From assembly GCA_964385625.1 (NCBI GenBank), contig CAYLPS010000003.1:17007-81006 (forward strand): a stretch of DNA of 64,000 bases. The letters run 5' to 3'. A program made the translations under genes and the position numbers. The notes under the pieces are model-generated. The model was not told where the DNA came from and searched no databases. It was given only the letters and a program-made list of their open reading frames with translations. This document shows, in pieces, positions 17,347 through 26,906 of this stretch (its first letter is position 1; every line of letters starts with the position of its first letter). This DNA is from an uncultured Anaerolineaceae bacterium (GTDB taxonomy: Bacteria; Chloroflexota; Anaerolineae; Anaerolineales; UBA4823).

Positions 17347-19974
17347 TTACGAACCTGATAAGACCTTCAATAGCGCCAGGGCTTCCCGTTTGCCTCCCGA
17401 TCCCCCTTCACCGCCCGGTCCTACACAGGATGGGCAGCCATCCTCGCATTCGCATGCTTCCACCAGCTCAAGGCCACGTTTCATCAGTTCCTCATGAATC
17501 TCAAACAACCGCTGGCTCAAGCCAATTCCGCCGGGGATCATATCAAATAAGATGATCGCTGGCTTACCATCCGCAAGTGATGAATGCGGGTCGGAATGGA
17601 TGCCCAGGTCGCCACTGTCACACATCAGGAATAACGGTGCCAGGTTTCCTATTGTGAAAGCCAGTCCTGCCAGCCCACTGCGGATACGCACCGCAGTTTC
17701 GATTTTTCGATGGCATGAATTACACACCGTAATCAAATTAGCCAGTTGGTTTGCTTGCTCGGCCGATTCAAACATCCGGAAGGGAATTTTATGGTGTACA
17801 TGGTGTTCACTTCCTCCTTCCGATGCTCCGCAAATCTGGCAGCGGAATCCATCCCTGGCTCTTGCCAGCTCACGCTGCTTTTTCCAGGTAGGGCCATAAT
17901 CATTCGGGACATTCGACCACAATCCCTCATCCTTCAGCTTTGCTACGGTTTCATCAGCCAGTGCCAGCCAGTATCCGGTGGTGGACAATTCTGATGGTGG
18001 CAAATCTAAATTTTCAGAACCCAGCGTTTCGTTGGTGTGCCAGCGAATTTTCCGAAATCCAATGACTTGTGACCTGACCTTCACTTCCCCATAAGCTCTG
18101 GTCCCTCCAGGGACGTTATTTTCAGCCAGTTTTTCCACCTGGGTGACGGTGACTTCCTCCCTTGGCTCGGTGAAGTAATCCACATTGCTCGGCTTAAGGA
18201 TGGCGACCTTATTTTCTAAATCCAGATTCTGTACCAGGTACGTCGTTCCTTCGTGCATATAAACCGCGCCTGGATGGGTCATCCAAATCGAACTGGAAGC
18301 ATCTACTTCGCCGATAGTCTGTAAGGATCGCTCGGCATACTCATTTTCGTTCTCCGCTTGTAACAAGACCCTCTCAGTGGATGCGCTGCGTAGTGATATG
18401 TTTTGAGCCGGGTATGTATCCGACATCCAAAAATACCTATCTCCGGATGGGTGGATCACCCCTTCAGCTTGCAGGTAATTTAATAATTCCTGCATGTCGC
18501 TTGGGCTTATTGATCCAAAAATCTCCCCTCTGTAGAAGGGTAGCTCGAAAGCCGCGCAACGGATGTGGCCTAATAAAATCAGCAAGTTGTCAGGGTTGAT
18601 CATCCCGTGCTCTGGTGATCGACCAAAAAAATATCCTGGGTGTTGGGCAAGATATTGGTCTAGCGGATTGGGAGAAGCCACTAAAACTGCCAGGCTCGGT
18701 TTTTCGCCCCTTCCCGCCCGGCCTGCCTGCTGCCATGTGGCTGCGATAGTCCCAGGATAGCCCACTATGAGCGAGGCTTCCATCCCTCCGATATCAATGC
18801 CCAGCTCAAGTGCATTGGTTGCCACTACCACGCGCACCTCACCCCTGCGCAATCCCTGTTCGATTCTTCGCCTTTGGCCGGGTAAATACCCTGAGCGATA
18901 TCCTCGAATGATTTCGTCTGCGTTGTGCCGTTGTTTGATATTATCAGCGTAAAAGCTCGCAGCCTGTTCTCGCAGGTAGGTCAGGATGATTTCGACCGTG
19001 CGGCGTGCCCGGCTGAACACAATCGTCTGCAGTTGGTAGGTGAGCAGGTCCTCAGCCAGGCTGACTCCCGCCTGGATGGCACTCCTGCGCAGTCCCAGGC
19101 TTTTATCAATAATGGGGGGGTTGTAGATAAGGAAATGCTTTTCACCTCTTTCGGCTCCATCCTGGTCGATTAATATTACCGGCTCGTTGATCATGCGCTG
19201 GCCCAATTCATCCGGATTGCCGATGGTGGCTGAGGTGAGGATAAATTGAGGTTCAGAACCGTAAAATTTGGCGATCCTCTTCAGCCGGCGAATCACGTTC
19301 GCCACGTGGGATCCAAATACACCTCGATAGGTGTGTACCTCGTCGATGATCACAAAGCGTAAGCCCTGGAAAAATTGAGCCCAGCCGGTATGGTGCGGGA
19401 GGATGCCGGTATGTAGCATATCGGGGTTGGTAAGGATCAAGCGTGCCTGGTTCCTGAGTTTTGGGCGAGCGCTTAATGGTGTGTCCCCGTCGTAAATAGC
19501 GAATTTTATCTCCTCAAGGGTGTTGGGTGATGGAACTCTATTTCCTCTGGAAGCCTCAATGTACTCAATCAAGTATTTTAATACCGCGTACTGGTCTTGC
19601 GATAAGGCCTTGGTGGGAAATAGATATAATGCGGTCGCCTCCTTATCCCGCAACAGAGAATCTAACACCGGTAGGTTATAACACAGCGTTTTGCCACTGG
19701 CAGTGCCGGTGACTACCACAATATTATTCCCCTCCTTTAATTTCCAATAAGCTTCGGCCTGGTGTGCATATAGAGAACCTATACCTTGCCCCGCTAAGGC
19801 ATCTTTGATAAGCGGGTGTAGGTCATCAGGAAATGGCTCCACATGGGCTGTTTTTTTAGGCAGTACTCGCCACTCCACCAGGTTAGGCCCAACCTGTGGC
19901 TCAGATCTCCAATGGGCTAATAATGCTGATAGCGTCATATGACAGGTATTATACCCAAGTGGAGTGAAAGCCAT
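17347..19974 (-). CDS. MrfA/YprA-like DEXH-box helicase with C-terminal DUF1998 Zn module and an inserted HNH nuclease motif
   Basis: 875 aa. Motif I TGTASGKT, motif II DEVH, motif III TSAT and motif VI QQAGRAGR. The HNH module is CQICG...HHVHHKIPF...NLITVCNSCHRKIE. The terminal Cys cluster is CECEDGCPSC. The true start is probably Met13 (ATG 19938-19936); see findings. Confidence 0.8.
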   Translation of the reverse strand: MAFTPLGYNTCHMTLSALLAHWRSEPQVGPNLVEWRVLPKKTAHVEPFPDDLHPLIKDALAGQGIGSLYAHQAEAYWKLKEGNNIVVVTGTASGKTLCYNLPVLDSLLRDKEATALYLFPTKALSQDQYAVLKYLIEYIEASRGNRVPSPNTLEEIKFAIYDGDTPLSARPKLRNQARLILTNPDMLHTGILPHHTGWAQFFQGLRFVIIDEVHTYRGVFGSHVANVIRRLKRIAKFYGSEPQFILTSATIGNPDELGQRMINEPVILIDQDGAERGEKHFLIYNPPIIDKSLGLRRSAIQAGVSLAEDLLTYQLQTIVFSRARRTVEIILTYLREQAASFYADNIKQRHNADEIIRGYRSGYLPGQRRRIEQGLRRGEVRVVVATNALELGIDIGGMEASLIVGYPGTIAATWQQAGRAGRGEKPSLAVLVASPNPLDQYLAQHPGYFFGRSPEHGMINPDNLLILLGHIRCAAFELPFYRGEIFGSISPSDMQELLNYLQAEGVIHPSGDRYFWMSDTYPAQNISLRSASTERVLLQAENENEYAERSLQTIGEVDASSSIWMTHPGAVYMHEGTTYLVQNLDLENKVAILKPSNVDYFTEPREEVTVTQVEKLAENNVPGGTRAYGEVKVRSQVIGFRKIRWHTNETLGSENLDLPPSELSTTGYWLALADETVAKLKDEGLWSNVPNDYGPTWKKQRELARARDGFRCQICGASEGGSEHHVHHKIPFRMFESAEQANQLANLITVCNSCHRKIETAVRIRSGLAGLAFTIGNLAPLFLMCDSGDLGIHSDPHSSLADGKPAIILFDMIPGGIGLSQRLFEIHEELMKRGLELVEACECEDGCPSCVGPGGEGGSGGKREALALLKVLSGS
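19948..19953 (-). promoter_or_regulatory. -10 box TATAAT for the helicase gene (inside the first 13 codons of the longest ORF)
   Basis: The minus strand reads CTTGGGTATAATACCTGTCATATG. The TATAAT lies 9 nt upstream of ATG 19938. Confidence 0.45.
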
Positions 19975-19983
19975 CCTGGCGTG

Positions 19984-19989
19984 TATAAT
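19984..19989 (+). promoter_or_regulatory. -10 box TATAAT 8 nt upstream of the oxidoreductase ATG (leaderless-type)
   Basis: GTGTATAATTAAGCGTAATG. There is no SD between the box and ATG 19998. Confidence 0.45.
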
Positions 19990-19997
19990 TAAGCGTA

Positions 19998-21014
19998 ATG
20001 TCTACTCACACAATCCTTCGCTGGGGTTTGCTCAGCACTGCGCATATCAATCGAGCAGTAATCCCACCCATTCGCAGTTCAAATCGCAGCCAGTTATTGG
20101 CAGTTGCCAGCCGTTCCGAGGTAAAAGCATCCCAATATGCCCTGGCCTGGGGTATCCCCCGTTTCCATTCCAGTTATGATGCCCTGTTGGCAGACCCGGA
20201 AATCGATGTGATTTACAATTCACTTCCCAACAGCCTTCATGCTGAATGGTCATTCAAGGCCATGCAGATGGGAAAGCACGTCTTATGTGAGAAGCCCCTT
20301 GCCACTAGCAGCCAGGATGTAGACAAAATGATTAAAACCTCAACAGAGACCGGAAAGGTTCTTGCCGAAGCGTTTATGTTCCGCCATCACCCGCAAACCC
20401 TCCTGGTCAAAGATATGGTCGCCAATGGTGGTATAGGTGATCTGCATCTGATTAGAGGTTCTTTCCGTTACTTCAATACCCGGGCTGGGGACACACGCTT
20501 CGATCCTCACCTGGGTGGTGGCAGCCTGTGGGATATTGGCTGTTACCCGATCAGTTTTGCATGTTACCTGGTTGGAGGAGAACCTGTAGAAGTCTATGGT
20601 AGCCAGCTGATCGGCCCTACCGGGATTGACTTACTGTTTGCCGGACAGATGGTCTTTCCAGGAGGGATGCTGGCCCAATTTGATAGCAGCTTCATTTCAC
20701 CGCATAAAGTTGAAATGGAAATCACCGGCGAGAAAGGCAGCATCACTATTCCCGAGCCCTTCAAGCCGGGGATCAATAATGTCATCCACCTTCAGCAGAA
20801 TAATCGAACTAAAACCATTCGCGTCAAAGGCCTGGAGCTGTACAAGGGAGAAATCAATGATATGGAAGATGCCATTTTGGATGGAAAACCCACTCGCATC
20901 AGCCTGCAGGAAAGCAAAGCAATGGTTGAAGTAATAGAAGCACTCTACCACTCAGCCATGGATCACAAGCCACTACTCACCAAGCATGCATCAAATACCA
21001 TTCAGGAGAATTAA
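19998..21014 (+). CDS. Gfo/Idh/MocA-family NAD(P)-dependent sugar oxidoreductase
   Basis: 338 aa. N-terminal Rossmann region, the EKP motif (VLCEKPLA) and typical length. Confidence 0.8.
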   Translation: MSTHTILRWGLLSTAHINRAVIPPIRSSNRSQLLAVASRSEVKASQYALAWGIPRFHSSYDALLADPEIDVIYNSLPNSLHAEWSFKAMQMGKHVLCEKPLATSSQDVDKMIKTSTETGKVLAEAFMFRHHPQTLLVKDMVANGGIGDLHLIRGSFRYFNTRAGDTRFDPHLGGGSLWDIGCYPISFACYLVGGEPVEVYGSQLIGPTGIDLLFAGQMVFPGGMLAQFDSSFISPHKVEMEITGEKGSITIPEPFKPGINNVIHLQQNNRTKTIRVKGLELYKGEINDMEDAILDGKPTRISLQESKAMVEVIEALYHSAMDHKPLLTKHASNTIQEN

Positions 21015-21016
21015 AC

Positions 21017-21337
21017 ATGATTTTTTTAAATGAGAATGCCAAGCCAATCCAGGCATTACCTGGCCTGACGCGCAAAACCTTAGCCGAAGGTCATTCCATG
21101 ATGTTATGTGAGTTTACTTTCGATGCGCATGTCGAAATCCCTATCCATGCTCATCCCCACGAGCAGGTCGGTTATATAGCCAAAGGTCACGTGAAGATGA
21201 CCATTGGTAGCGAACAGTATGAGTTGCACCAAGGGGACAGTTACTGCGCACCTTCCAATATTCCACATGGTGCTTTTACCTTGGAGCCGACAATTATTGT
21301 GGATACTTTTTACCCACCCCGGGAGGACTATAGATGA
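21017..21337 (+). CDS. Cupin-domain protein
   Basis: 106 aa. Cupin His motifs HAHPHEQVGY and PSNIPHG. Confidence 0.7.
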   Translation: MIFLNENAKPIQALPGLTRKTLAEGHSMMLCEFTFDAHVEIPIHAHPHEQVGYIAKGHVKMTIGSEQYELHQGDSYCAPSNIPHGAFTLEPTIIVDTFYPPREDYR

Positions 21338-22347
21338 ATATACTCGTCACTGGAGGTGCAGGCTATATCGGCAGCCACACCTGCGTGGAGCTGCTGCAGG
21401 CGGGCTATGATGTTATTGTGGTGGATAATTTGAGCAATAGCAAGGAGGAATCCCTTCGTCGGGTCCAGGAGATTACTGGTAAAAAGTTGGCTTTTCGCAA
21501 AGTCGATATTCTGGATCGTGATGGCCTGAGCTCGGTTTTTGCGGAGCAACCCGTTCATGCAGTGATCCACTTCGCAGCGCTTAAATCCGTGGGGGAATCG
21601 GTGCAAATCCCCTGGCAATACTATCACAATAACGTTTCCGGCACCCTTACCTTGCTTGATGTCATGAAACAACAGGGTGTCAGGAACATCGTCTTTAGCT
21701 CCTCCGCGACGGTTTATGGCATCGCTGAAAATCCTCCCTTCCGTGAAGACTCTCCCCTGGGTGCCATCAATCCATACGGGCGTACCAAGTTGATCATGGA
21801 AGATATTTTCCGTGACCTTTCACACGCAGAGTCCGAATGGAATATGGCTATTCTTCGTTATTTCAACCCTGTCGGTTCCCACCCAAGTGGGCGCATCGGT
21901 GAAGATCCACATGGCATACCCAACAACTTGATGCCCTATGTTGCCCAGGTGGCAGTGGGGCGCTATCCATACGTGCGCATATGGGGCGGTGATTACCCTA
22001 CGCCCGATGGTACTGGTATACGCGATTATATTCATGTGATGGATTTAGCTGCCGGTCACCTCAGGGCTTTGGAGAAACTACAAACCAATCCCGGGTTGGT
22101 CACTTACAACCTTGGCACTGGTCGGGGTTATAGCGTCCTGGAAGTGATCCATGCATTTGAGCAAGCCAGTGGCCATAAAATCCCCTATAAAATGATGGAT
22201 CGTCGACCGGGGGATGTGGGCATCTCTTATGCTGATCCCTCCAGGGCTAATCGTGAATTAAACTGGCGCACCAAGAAGTCTTTGGATGACATGTGCAGCG
22301 ATGCCTGGCGGTGGCAATCACAAAACCCTGATGGGTACACAGAGTAG
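21334..22347 (+). CDS. galE: UDP-glucose 4-epimerase
   Basis: 337 aa. GGAGYIGSH, SSSATVYG, YGRTK and a C-terminal region typical of GalE. ATGA overlap with the cupin gene. Confidence 0.9.
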   Translation: MNILVTGGAGYIGSHTCVELLQAGYDVIVVDNLSNSKEESLRRVQEITGKKLAFRKVDILDRDGLSSVFAEQPVHAVIHFAALKSVGESVQIPWQYYHNNVSGTLTLLDVMKQQGVRNIVFSSSATVYGIAENPPFREDSPLGAINPYGRTKLIMEDIFRDLSHAESEWNMAILRYFNPVGSHPSGRIGEDPHGIPNNLMPYVAQVAVGRYPYVRIWGGDYPTPDGTGIRDYIHVMDLAAGHLRALEKLQTNPGLVTYNLGTGRGYSVLEVIHAFEQASGHKIPYKMMDRRPGDVGISYADPSRANRELNWRTKKSLDDMCSDAWRWQSQNPDGYTE

Positions 22348-22380
22348 ATCATTTCACCAACCATAATCAATAGGGAAGTT

Positions 22381-23892
22381 ATGCGTAAATTCATCGCCGC
22401 AATCGACCAGGGCACGACAAGCACACGTTGTATCATCTTTGATCACTCTGGGAATATTGCCTGTACTGCCTCGCGCGAGCATACCCAGATATATCCTCAA
22501 CCTGGTTGGATCGAGCATGACCCCATCGAGATATGGCAGCGAACTCAAGAGGTTATCCAGGAAGCTCTCAACAAGATTGATATCGCTGATAGAGAGATCA
22601 CCGCCATTGGCATAACCAACCAGCGTGAAACGACGCTTGCGTGGGATAAAGCCACCGGAAAGCCGTATGGCAATGCCATTGTCTGGCAGGATACCCGCAC
22701 CAAGCCAATTTGCGATCAGCTTGCAGCAGATGGCGGGCAAGATCGCTTTCGTAAGAAAGTTGGCTTACCCCTCAGCACTTATTTTTCAGGCCCAAAACTC
22801 ATCTGGCTCCTGCAAAATAACTCCCTTTTTAGAGCTGCTGCTGAAAGAGGAGAAGCTTTATTCGGCAATATTGATAGCTGGCTCATCTGGTGGCTCACCG
22901 GTGGGCCTGGGAAGGGGGTGCACGTAACAGATGTCACCAATGCCAGCCGTACCATGCTGATGAACCTGGCAACCCTGGATTGGGATGATGAGATACTTTC
23001 GCTACTCACTATTCCCAGGGGCATCCTCCCGAGCATCCTCCCTTCCAGTGATCCCCAGCGCTATGGTACCACCTTAATAACTGGCCCATTTAGAGATACG
23101 ATCCCAATTTGTGGTGACCTGGGTGATCAGCAAGCCGCCTTATTCGGCCAGACCTGTTTCAAACCTGGTGAAGCGAAAAATACCTATGGAACTGGCTGTT
23201 TCATGTTGCTTAATACCGGGGATAAGCCTGCCCAATCCAGGAAAGGCCTTTTAACCACCCTGGCCTACCAATTAGGAAAAGAGGCACCGGTTTATGCCCT
23301 GGAAGGCTCTGTTGCCATCGCCGGCGCGCTGGTGCAGTGGATGCGCGATAACCTCGGCCTCATCAACCAATCTGCGGATATCGAAGAACTTGCCCATAGC
23401 GTGCAGGATAATGGAGGGGTTTATTTTGTGCCGGCATTTTCTGGTCTCTTTGCCCCCTATTGGCGCACGGATGCCCGTGGTGTGATTGTTGGCCTGACAC
23501 GTTTTGCCAATAAAGGTCACCTGGCCCGGGCAGTGCTTGAGGCTACGGCCTTCCAGACTCGCGAATTATTGGATGCCATGGAAGCTGATTCAGGCTATCG
23601 GCTGAGTAGCCTCAAGGTGGATGGCGGCATGGTGAACAACCATCTGCTGATGCAATTCCAGTCCGACCTGCTTGGCGTCCCAGTTGTCTGCCCAAAGATC
23701 ATCGAGACCACCGCCCTGGGTGCGGCATATGTGGCCGGCTTGGCATCTGGTTTTTGGACCAGCATCGCTGACCTTCGAGCCAATTGGCAGGCTCGCATTA
23801 CCTGGCAGCCTCGTATGCAGGCCGACCGTCGCGCTGAATTATATCAGCGTTGGCTTAAAGCCGTTGAGCGAACTTTCAATTGGATCGAGTAA
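22381..23892 (+). CDS. glpK: Glycerol kinase
   Basis: 503 aa. [30 protein letters not shown] and FGTIDSW-type ([10 protein letters not shown]) motifs. Confidence 0.95.
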   Translation: MRKFIAAIDQGTTSTRCIIFDHSGNIACTASREHTQIYPQPGWIEHDPIEIWQRTQEVIQEALNKIDIADREITAIGITNQRETTLAWDKATGKPYGNAIVWQDTRTKPICDQLAADGGQDRFRKKVGLPLSTYFSGPKLIWLLQNNSLFRAAAERGEALFGNIDSWLIWWLTGGPGKGVHVTDVTNASRTMLMNLATLDWDDEILSLLTIPRGILPSILPSSDPQRYGTTLITGPFRDTIPICGDLGDQQAALFGQTCFKPGEAKNTYGTGCFMLLNTGDKPAQSRKGLLTTLAYQLGKEAPVYALEGSVAIAGALVQWMRDNLGLINQSADIEELAHSVQDNGGVYFVPAFSGLFAPYWRTDARGVIVGLTRFANKGHLARAVLEATAFQTRELLDAMEADSGYRLSSLKVDGGMVNNHLLMQFQSDLLGVPVVCPKIIETTALGAAYVAGLASGFWTSIADLRANWQARITWQPRMQADRRAELYQRWLKAVERTFNWIE

Positions 23893-23957
23893 ATATTAAT
23901 CAACAGTTATCTTGAGTCATCCATCGAATTCCCGCATATCATAGATAATGGAGAGGC

Positions 23958-26906
23958 ATGCAGCATATTAAGACGGATGTCCTGGTAATCGGTGGAGGTG
24001 CCACAGGTACAGGTGTTTTACGCGACCTGGCAATGCGAGATATTAAATGCTTGTTGGTTGAGCGCCGCGACCTGGCATGCGGCACCACCGGCCGCTACCA
24101 CGGGTTGTTGCATAGTGGTGGCCGTTATGTCGTAAATGATCCTCAGGCAGCCCGTGATTGTTATGAAGAGAACCAGGTCTTGCGCCGTATCATGCCCCAA
24201 TGTATCGAAGATACGGGCGGATATTTCGTACTCACCCCACATGATGAGCCGGCATATATTCCCCAATTTCTCTCCGGTTGTAAACAAGCCGGCATCCCTG
24301 TTGCAGAAGTGCCCATCCACAAAATGCTGAAGCATGAACCGCTGTTGAACCCGAAAATTCAGCGCTGTTTTTATCTCCCCGATGCATCTGCCGATTCATT
24401 CCTGGCAGCCAGGTTGAATGTTGAATCTGCCCGGCAGTATGGCGGTCTGGTAAAGACCTACCATGAAGTGCTCAGCTTGTCTCTCACGCACCATTCTTCT
24501 GGTGGCGTTAATTCAGTGGTTGGGGCACTCTGCCACGATTTGATCAAAGACGAAGATGTGCAAATTGAAGCCAGCATGGTAATCAATGCTTCAGGTGCCT
24601 GGGCGGGGAAAATCTGCAAACTGGCTGGAATCGACCTTAGCATGTCGCCTGGTAAGGGCACCATGATTGCCCTCAACCATCATCTGGTCAATACGGTAAT
24701 CAATCGTTGCAAGTCACCTGCCGATGGAGATATCCTAGTTCCCGCACACACGGTAGCAGTGATGGGCACAACTGATATCAAGGTTGTTGACCCGGATTAT
24801 TATTCGATCGAGCCGTGGGAAATCCGCCTCTTGTTGAAAGAAGGCGAGAAAATCATTACCGGTTTTTCACAGCTTCGCGTTCTGCGAGCCTGGGCAAGCG
24901 TGCGTCCCCTGGTCCAGTCAGATTTGAACAGCGCTGACCGTAACCTCAGCCGGGCATATGTCTTGCTGGACCATGCCAGTCGCGATGGTATGGAAGGTTT
25001 GGTTACCATCACAAGCGGTAAATGGACCACTTACCGAAAAATGGCCCAGGCTACCGTAGACAAGGTCTGCGAAAAACTGGGGTTGAATATTCCCTGCCGC
25101 ACGCACCTTGAAAGCTTGCCAACTGCTCGTGAGCAAGGCCGGCAGTTTCACCAATTGGGGGCCCGCTTGGAGAAAATCGAGCACGATGCTAGCTATGGCA
25201 CATTGGTCTGTGAATGTGAGCTCGCCTCCTTGCACGATATCGAACAAGCTATTGTCGAACTTGACGCAGCCACCCTGGATGATATCCGCCGCTCCACCCG
25301 CCTCGGGATGGGTCCCTGCCAGGGGGCATTTTGTACCTTCCGAGCAGCTGGCATACTGCATAACTTGCGTCATCCGCATGTGATTGAAACCAATACCTCG
25401 CTGTGTGATTTTTTGCAGGAGCGTTGGAAGGGCTGCGTCCCTATCCTGTGGGGGCAGCAATTACGCCAGGCGCGTTTCAATGAGCTCATCTATGTCAATG
25501 TGCTCAATGCCGGTGACCTGACAGTAAATAGGCAATCCCGTTTAACACCCGAGGCCTACATTGAACCAGAACACTCTTCAGTTAAACCTCAGCTTGCTTC
25601 GGTGTCTCCTGCTACCATTCCCGTTTTGAAAACGCCACCTTCATGCGATGTACTCGTAATCGGAGGCGGTTATGCTGGCTTATTTACTGCCTGGCAGGCG
25701 AGTGCTCTTGGTCTTAATACATCTGTGCTCACTAAAGGTTGGGGAACACCCTATTGGACATCCGGGTGCATCGATGTCATCGGTTATCAGCTCCCCGACT
25801 ATCGCCAACCTGTGAGCTCACCCAGGGCATATTTGGAGCGTTTCGCCAACTCTCATCCTGAACACCCTTACACGCATTGTGGGTTGGATGCCCTCGACCA
25901 GGCAGTATCTTCATTTCTGGATCTTTGCGAGCAAGCCGGATATCCCTATCATGGTTCCCTGGATGCCAATATTCAGCTGCCCACCGCATTGGGGACGCTC
26001 CGAACAACTTGCCTTGTGCCGATAACAATGCTCTCAGGAGCCACCTCAAATCGCACACCCATGTTGATCGTGGGTTTCGACCACTTTTTGGATTTCTATC
26101 CCGCATTTATTTCCGAAAACCTGACTGCTCAGGATATACCAGCCCTTGGTATTTCACTCGACTTGCCTTCATTACGCAACCGCAAATTCATCACTTCAAT
26201 GGTACTTGCCCGTCTATTCGACACTGCCGAATTTCGCCAGGAAGTGATCGCAGCACTACAGCCAAAACTTTCCAGCGCTGGACGGGTCGGGTTTCCGCCA
26301 GTCTTGGGATTGAAAAATACCACTTCGGTGATAAATCATCTTCAATCTGCTTTTGGCATACCGGTATTTGAGATACCCGGTTTGCCCCCATCCATTCCTG
26401 GCATTAGGCTGCAGAACCTGCTGGTATCTGCCATCCAGCACAACCATGGGGCAATTTTATCCGGCATGGAGGTCAATAAATTCAGCTTTGATGGCAAAGG
26501 CATCCACGCCATTTGCTCAGAAGCTGCCGCCAGGAGTGTCAGTCACTGCGCGCAAGCATATGTGCTCGCAACTGGAGGAATCCTGGGAGGCGGCATCATC
26601 ACCTCCAATGATGGCTATGCGCAAGAAGCGATCTTTGGATTGCCTGTAAATATCCCTTATCCTTTTTCCCGCTGGCTAAATCGCCAATTCCTTTCACCCG
26701 AAGGCCACCCTATCTTTCAAGCTGGCTTAAAAATCAACCCATCCTTTCAACCCGTCTCAGCCATTGGTAAACCTGCATACCATAACCTTTACGCAGCAGG
26801 CAATCTACTGGCGAATTGCGACCCTATTCGTGAACGTTCTCTCGAAGGTATCGCTCTTGCTTCAGCCTTTTCTGTTGCAAGGCAGATTTCTCATGGGGTG
26901 CGCTAA
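23958..26906 (+). CDS. glpA: Anaerobic glycerol-3-phosphate dehydrogenase, fused subunits A and B (GlpA-GlpB)
   Basis: 982 aa. N-terminal FAD motif VLVIGGGATGTG, then a BFD-like [2Fe-2S] segment (CECE...GPCQGAFC). A second dinucleotide fold, CDVLVIGGGYAGL, starts near aa 562 and opens a GlpB-length C-terminal half. The total is close to E. coli GlpA (542 aa) plus GlpB (419 aa). Confidence 0.8.
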   Translation: MQHIKTDVLVIGGGATGTGVLRDLAMRDIKCLLVERRDLACGTTGRYHGLLHSGGRYVVNDPQAARDCYEENQVLRRIMPQCIEDTGGYFVLTPHDEPAYIPQFLSGCKQAGIPVAEVPIHKMLKHEPLLNPKIQRCFYLPDASADSFLAARLNVESARQYGGLVKTYHEVLSLSLTHHSSGGVNSVVGALCHDLIKDEDVQIEASMVINASGAWAGKICKLAGIDLSMSPGKGTMIALNHHLVNTVINRCKSPADGDILVPAHTVAVMGTTDIKVVDPDYYSIEPWEIRLLLKEGEKIITGFSQLRVLRAWASVRPLVQSDLNSADRNLSRAYVLLDHASRDGMEGLVTITSGKWTTYRKMAQATVDKVCEKLGLNIPCRTHLESLPTAREQGRQFHQLGARLEKIEHDASYGTLVCECELASLHDIEQAIVELDAATLDDIRRSTRLGMGPCQGAFCTFRAAGILHNLRHPHVIETNTSLCDFLQERWKGCVPILWGQQLRQARFNELIYVNVLNAGDLTVNRQSRLTPEAYIEPEHSSVKPQLASVSPATIPVLKTPPSCDVLVIGGGYAGLFTAWQASALGLNTSVLTKGWGTPYWTSGCIDVIGYQLPDYRQPVSSPRAYLERFANSHPEHPYTHCGLDALDQAVSSFLDLCEQAGYPYHGSLDANIQLPTALGTLRTTCLVPITMLSGATSNRTPMLIVGFDHFLDFYPAFISENLTAQDIPALGISLDLPSLRNRKFITSMVLARLFDTAEFRQEVIAALQPKLSSAGRVGFPPVLGLKNTTSVINHLQSAFGIPVFEIPGLPPSIPGIRLQNLLVSAIQHNHGAILSGMEVNKFSFDGKGIHAICSEAAARSVSHCAQAYVLATGGILGGGIITSNDGYAQEAIFGLPVNIPYPFSRWLNRQFLSPEGHPIFQAGLKINPSFQPVSAIGKPAYHNLYAAGNLLANCDPIRERSLEGIALASAFSVARQISHGVR

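Noticed and set aside
17279-17497. Proline-rich 72-aa ORF (PPDPPSPPGPTQDG...)
   Set aside because: It is the antisense reading of the Gly-rich helicase C-terminus (GPGGEGGSGG).
24918-25460. 180-aa minus-strand ORF, plus the other antisense or alternative-frame ORFs within 23958-26906 (e.g. 25877-26371)
   Set aside because: They all lie inside the continuous GlpA-GlpB frame, which has recognisable FAD and Fe-S motifs along its length. None has motifs of its own.
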